From an uncultured virus (IMG/VR IMGVR_UViG_3300002835_000117) (Duplodnaviria; Heunggongvirae; Uroviricota; Caudoviricetes), in IMG/VR virus record IMGVR_UViG_3300002835_000117: 20,000 nucleotides of DNA; one strand, written 5' to 3'. The notes below the pieces were generated by a model. It saw only the letters and a list, made by a program, of their open reading frames with translations, searched no databases and had not been told where the DNA came from. Both the position numbers and the translations under genes were made by a program. This document shows positions 18,100 through 20,000 of the stretch, piece by piece (positions within the stretch are counted from its first letter, which is position 1; every line of letters starts with the position of its first letter).

Positions 18100-18565
18100 T
18101 TTTTGATTTATGTTTTAAGTATACGTTGTTGTGTACCCAACGATCATGTTCTTGTCCTGGAATTAAGAACCCCCATTCGCGACGTTGAGGTCCTGGCATA
18201 AACATTGTCCAGCATTCTACTCCTTCGGCAAGTTCGATGCGATGATACGAAGTAGACCGGCATACACGAAAATGACCGGGTCCCCTCCAATGACGTATTT
18301 CGCCAATCTTTTTTCCAGTAGAATTAAATTGTGGAACCCATTCGTAGTAACCACCCTTGAGAATTAAAGTAGCGTAAGGCCATGGATGATCATGCACATC
18401 ATCGGGGTCTGACTTAAGAAACTTGTGCAAGAACACATTGAAAGGAAACCATTTTCTGTCGCGGAGAAATAGATAATAGCGTTCGAGATATGGTTCATTT
18501 GATTGTCTATCCAATACAATTCTTTTTCGATTATTCTTTTCAAGAATATTTAGTAACCATTTCAT
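18092..18565 (-). CDS. Cupin-fold (metal-binding) protein
   Basis: LHKF..SDPDD.HDHPW...LILKGGYYE ... YHRIEL ... WT.F..GP..REWGF. HxH...E...H cupin pattern. Confidence 0.75.
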   Translation of the reverse strand: MKWLLNILEKNNRKRIVLDRQSNEPYLERYYLFLRDRKWFPFNVFLHKFLKSDPDDVHDHPWPYATLILKGGYYEWVPQFNSTGKKIGEIRHWRGPGHFRVCRSTSYHRIELAEGVECWTMFMPGPQRREWGFLIPGQEHDRWVHNNVYLKHKSKNG

Positions 18566-19635
18566 TTAAAATTCTCCAATAACGAATTTGCACTGAAAAA
18601 ATAATTTGTAAGATCTGTTGCCTGTTTTTCTAGATAAACAAGATGTTTATCGTAGTTGTCAATAAATCTAATTATAGAAAAGCAAATTTCTCGTCGGTGA
18701 ATTTCATAAGACTTCCAAGATTCGGTCCATTGGCTAGGGTATTTAAACCCTTCGTAATACATTTCTTTATAGGAAAGCCGATCTGGAACCATTGGGATTG
18801 CACCCACTAACGCACCTTCATAACAGCCTATACCTAGTGTTTCTTGTAGACTGCAACTGAATACTATTTTAGATTCGCCTAAAATTTTATGATATTCGTC
18901 TTTTGTTAGTTGTTGATCTTGGCAAACTACAAAATTGTACTGTGGTAAATGTTTGGCAAGATCTCTAAAAATTTCTACTTGTTTTTCTGGAGCAATTCGA
19001 TGAGGGAAAACAATTTGATTTTTCTTTGTGAGACCTTTAAAAGGCTCAAGTGTTTTTTCCATATATTCCATAGGCCAGCCAGACCTGATGATATTTTTAT
19101 TTTCCATGTATCTCATCGCACCTGTTCTAAAATCTACTCCTAAAAGATTTTCCATGAACATTTCAATATGGAATTTAGTTGCAAAATAGTTATGATCGAT
19201 GGCATGAAAAAAACTTTTTTCGGCATGTCTAACCCATGGTGCATCATTGATAAGTCGGCCTAAGAAATCATGTGGATCATAACTACCGGCATGCCACAGA
19301 GCGTGAATCTTAACTGGGATGTTAAGAAGTTCACTCATGTATTTTAAGTTTATGATACCAGGATGCCAAGCATCAGTAAACAGAAAATGATCACCAGACT
19401 TAATTGCTCCGGCGCAAAATAAACGACCCAGTTGCTCAACTTGGCTAGACTTATAAACATTAGTCCCCCCAAAATTAAGAAAGGCACCAGGAGTAGTGGC
19501 ATTAGGAATATCTTTAGGGCCACTAATAACTTGAATTTGATGTCCTGTTTTTTTAAGAAGTTCTGGTACATGATCTTTCCATTGTGCTGTGTATCTAGAT
19601 TCAACCGGTTCTAGATCTATTATATAAATTGACAT
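18562..19635 (-). CDS. GT-B (GT4-like) glycosyltransferase
   Basis: FPHRIAPEK and S.QETLGIGCYEG (Ex7E) followed by GAIPMVPDRLSY.EM. SD AAGGA. ATGA overlap with the cupin gene. Confidence 0.85.
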   Translation of the reverse strand: MSIYIIDLEPVESRYTAQWKDHVPELLKKTGHQIQVISGPKDIPNATTPGAFLNFGGTNVYKSSQVEQLGRLFCAGAIKSGDHFLFTDAWHPGIINLKYMSELLNIPVKIHALWHAGSYDPHDFLGRLINDAPWVRHAEKSFFHAIDHNYFATKFHIEMFMENLLGVDFRTGAMRYMENKNIIRSGWPMEYMEKTLEPFKGLTKKNQIVFPHRIAPEKQVEIFRDLAKHLPQYNFVVCQDQQLTKDEYHKILGESKIVFSCSLQETLGIGCYEGALVGAIPMVPDRLSYKEMYYEGFKYPSQWTESWKSYEIHRREICFSIIRFIDNYDKHLVYLEKQATDLTNYFFSANSLLENFK

Positions 19636-19659
19636 TCACGAATCCTTACTTTAAAAAAA

Positions 19660-19707
19660 TTGTGTCATAAATATCTTCAACAATTTTAAGGATATTATAT
19701 GACACAA
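19660..19707 (+). promoter_or_regulatory. Late promoter ATAAATA (19667..19673) within an 18-bp hairpin that pairs with the SD and ATG of the 19699 gene
   Basis: TTGTGTCATA-AATATCTT / 11-nt loop / AGGATATT-(A)-TATGACACAA, with one G.U pair and one bulge. On the minus strand the hairpin is followed by T7. Confidence 0.72.
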
Positions 19708-20000
19708 GTTTATAGTCCCGCAACTACTTATATTACCAATCGCATAGGAAGAAAATTTATTTTAGAAGACCAGGATACATTATACCTTCAAAGATTGGCA
19801 GGAAGAGGTTATCAAATTAGTAATTTACGAAGATTCAGAGATCTAACTAAAAATGCAAGAACATTGATCGATGTTGGTGCAAATATTGGAAATAACACTA
19901 TTGAATATGCAACATGGGCAAAACAAGTAAAAAGTTTTGAACCTACACCTTGGGTAAGAAGTTGGTTTGAAGAAAACTTACAACATAATCAATCTACATT
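19699..20000 (+). CDS. FkbM-family SAM-dependent methyltransferase (N-terminal part, runs off window)
   Basis: Not in the ORF track. Manual translation gives MTQVYSPATTYITNRIGRKFILEDQDTLYLQRLAGRGYQISNLRRFRDLTKNARTLIDVGANIGNNTIEYATWAKQVKSFEPTP..., with IDVGANIG and FEP motifs. SD AAGGA. Confidence 0.85.
   Translation, partial: MTQVYSPATTYITNRIGRKFILEDQDTLYLQRLAGRGYQISNLRRFRDLTKNARTLIDVGANIGNNTIEYATWAKQVKSFEPTPWVRSWFEENLQHNQST

Noticed and set aside
12962..18555. CTAAATA matches near 12962-12968 and 18549-18555 on the - strand
   Set aside because: Both fall within the first codons of genes, far from any downstream start, and are expected by chance in AT-rich DNA.
3578..19614. Short antisense or alternate-frame ORFs in the track (e.g. 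3578-3799, 6000-6227, 7657-7938, 8309-8560, 8376-8636, 9582-9920, 10074-10286, 10392-10655, 11403-11630, 11770-12024, 13703-14044, 14722-14910, 15381-15632, 15816-16043, 18185-18367, 18949-19143, 19350-19604, 19432-19614)
   Set aside because: All lie within or almost entirely within well-supported genes and show no recognisable motifs, so they are shadow ORFs.
19629..19657. + strand TTGACA as a sigma70 -35 for the methyltransferase
   Set aside because: It coincides with the antisense of the GT start codons, and the matching -10 position reads TAAAAA, lacking the conserved final T.
1..20000. Stop-codon reassignment (no called gene ends in TAG)
   Set aside because: All recognisable genes are full length under code 11 with no in-frame TAG or TGA. 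TAA preference is expected in AT-rich DNA, and most TGA stops are in ATGA overlaps.
1..20000. CRISPR arrays, tRNAs, introns/inteins, DGR template-variable repeats, integrase or transposase
   Set aside because: Intergenic gaps are all under about 85 nt, no repeated spacer structure or duplicated nucleotide segment was seen by eye, and thyA, rnh and guaC are uninterrupted.

Overview
AT-rich, densely coding segment of a large (jumbo-type, T4-like regulated) tailed dsDNA phage genome read in the standard genetic code. Left part (+ strand, <3..7065) is a virion module: C-terminus of a large baseplate-type protein, an interposed nitroreductase-fold gene, a conserved structural protein and three paralogous tail-fibre/baseplate proteins (one with a tail-collar domain, one with an intramolecular-chaperone/peptidase G2-type C-terminus). 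It meets a - strand metabolism/replication block head-on: thyA, folA, a DUF2201-type metallopeptidase-vWA plus MoxR-like AAA ATPase pair, T4 RNase H-like 5'-3' nuclease, queE, guaC, a HIT hydrolase, a cupin, a GT4-type glycosyltransferase and several hypotheticals. Two + strand accessory enzymes also occur: a radical SAM protein between queE and guaC, and a partial FkbM-type methyltransferase at the right edge, missing from the ORF track. Main observations: (1) a coupled glycosyltransferase-cupin-HIT-guaC run next to queE, whose glycosyltransferase resembles (from memory) GTDC1/QTMAN queuosine mannosyltransferases, a candidate glycosylated 7-deazaguanine pathway; (2) three independent hairpins that each have a (T)ATAAATA late-promoter motif on the 5' arm and the ribosome-binding region or start codon on the loop or 3' arm, a recurrent early-off/late-on translation switch. 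Functional calls rest on motif recognition only; no searches were run.
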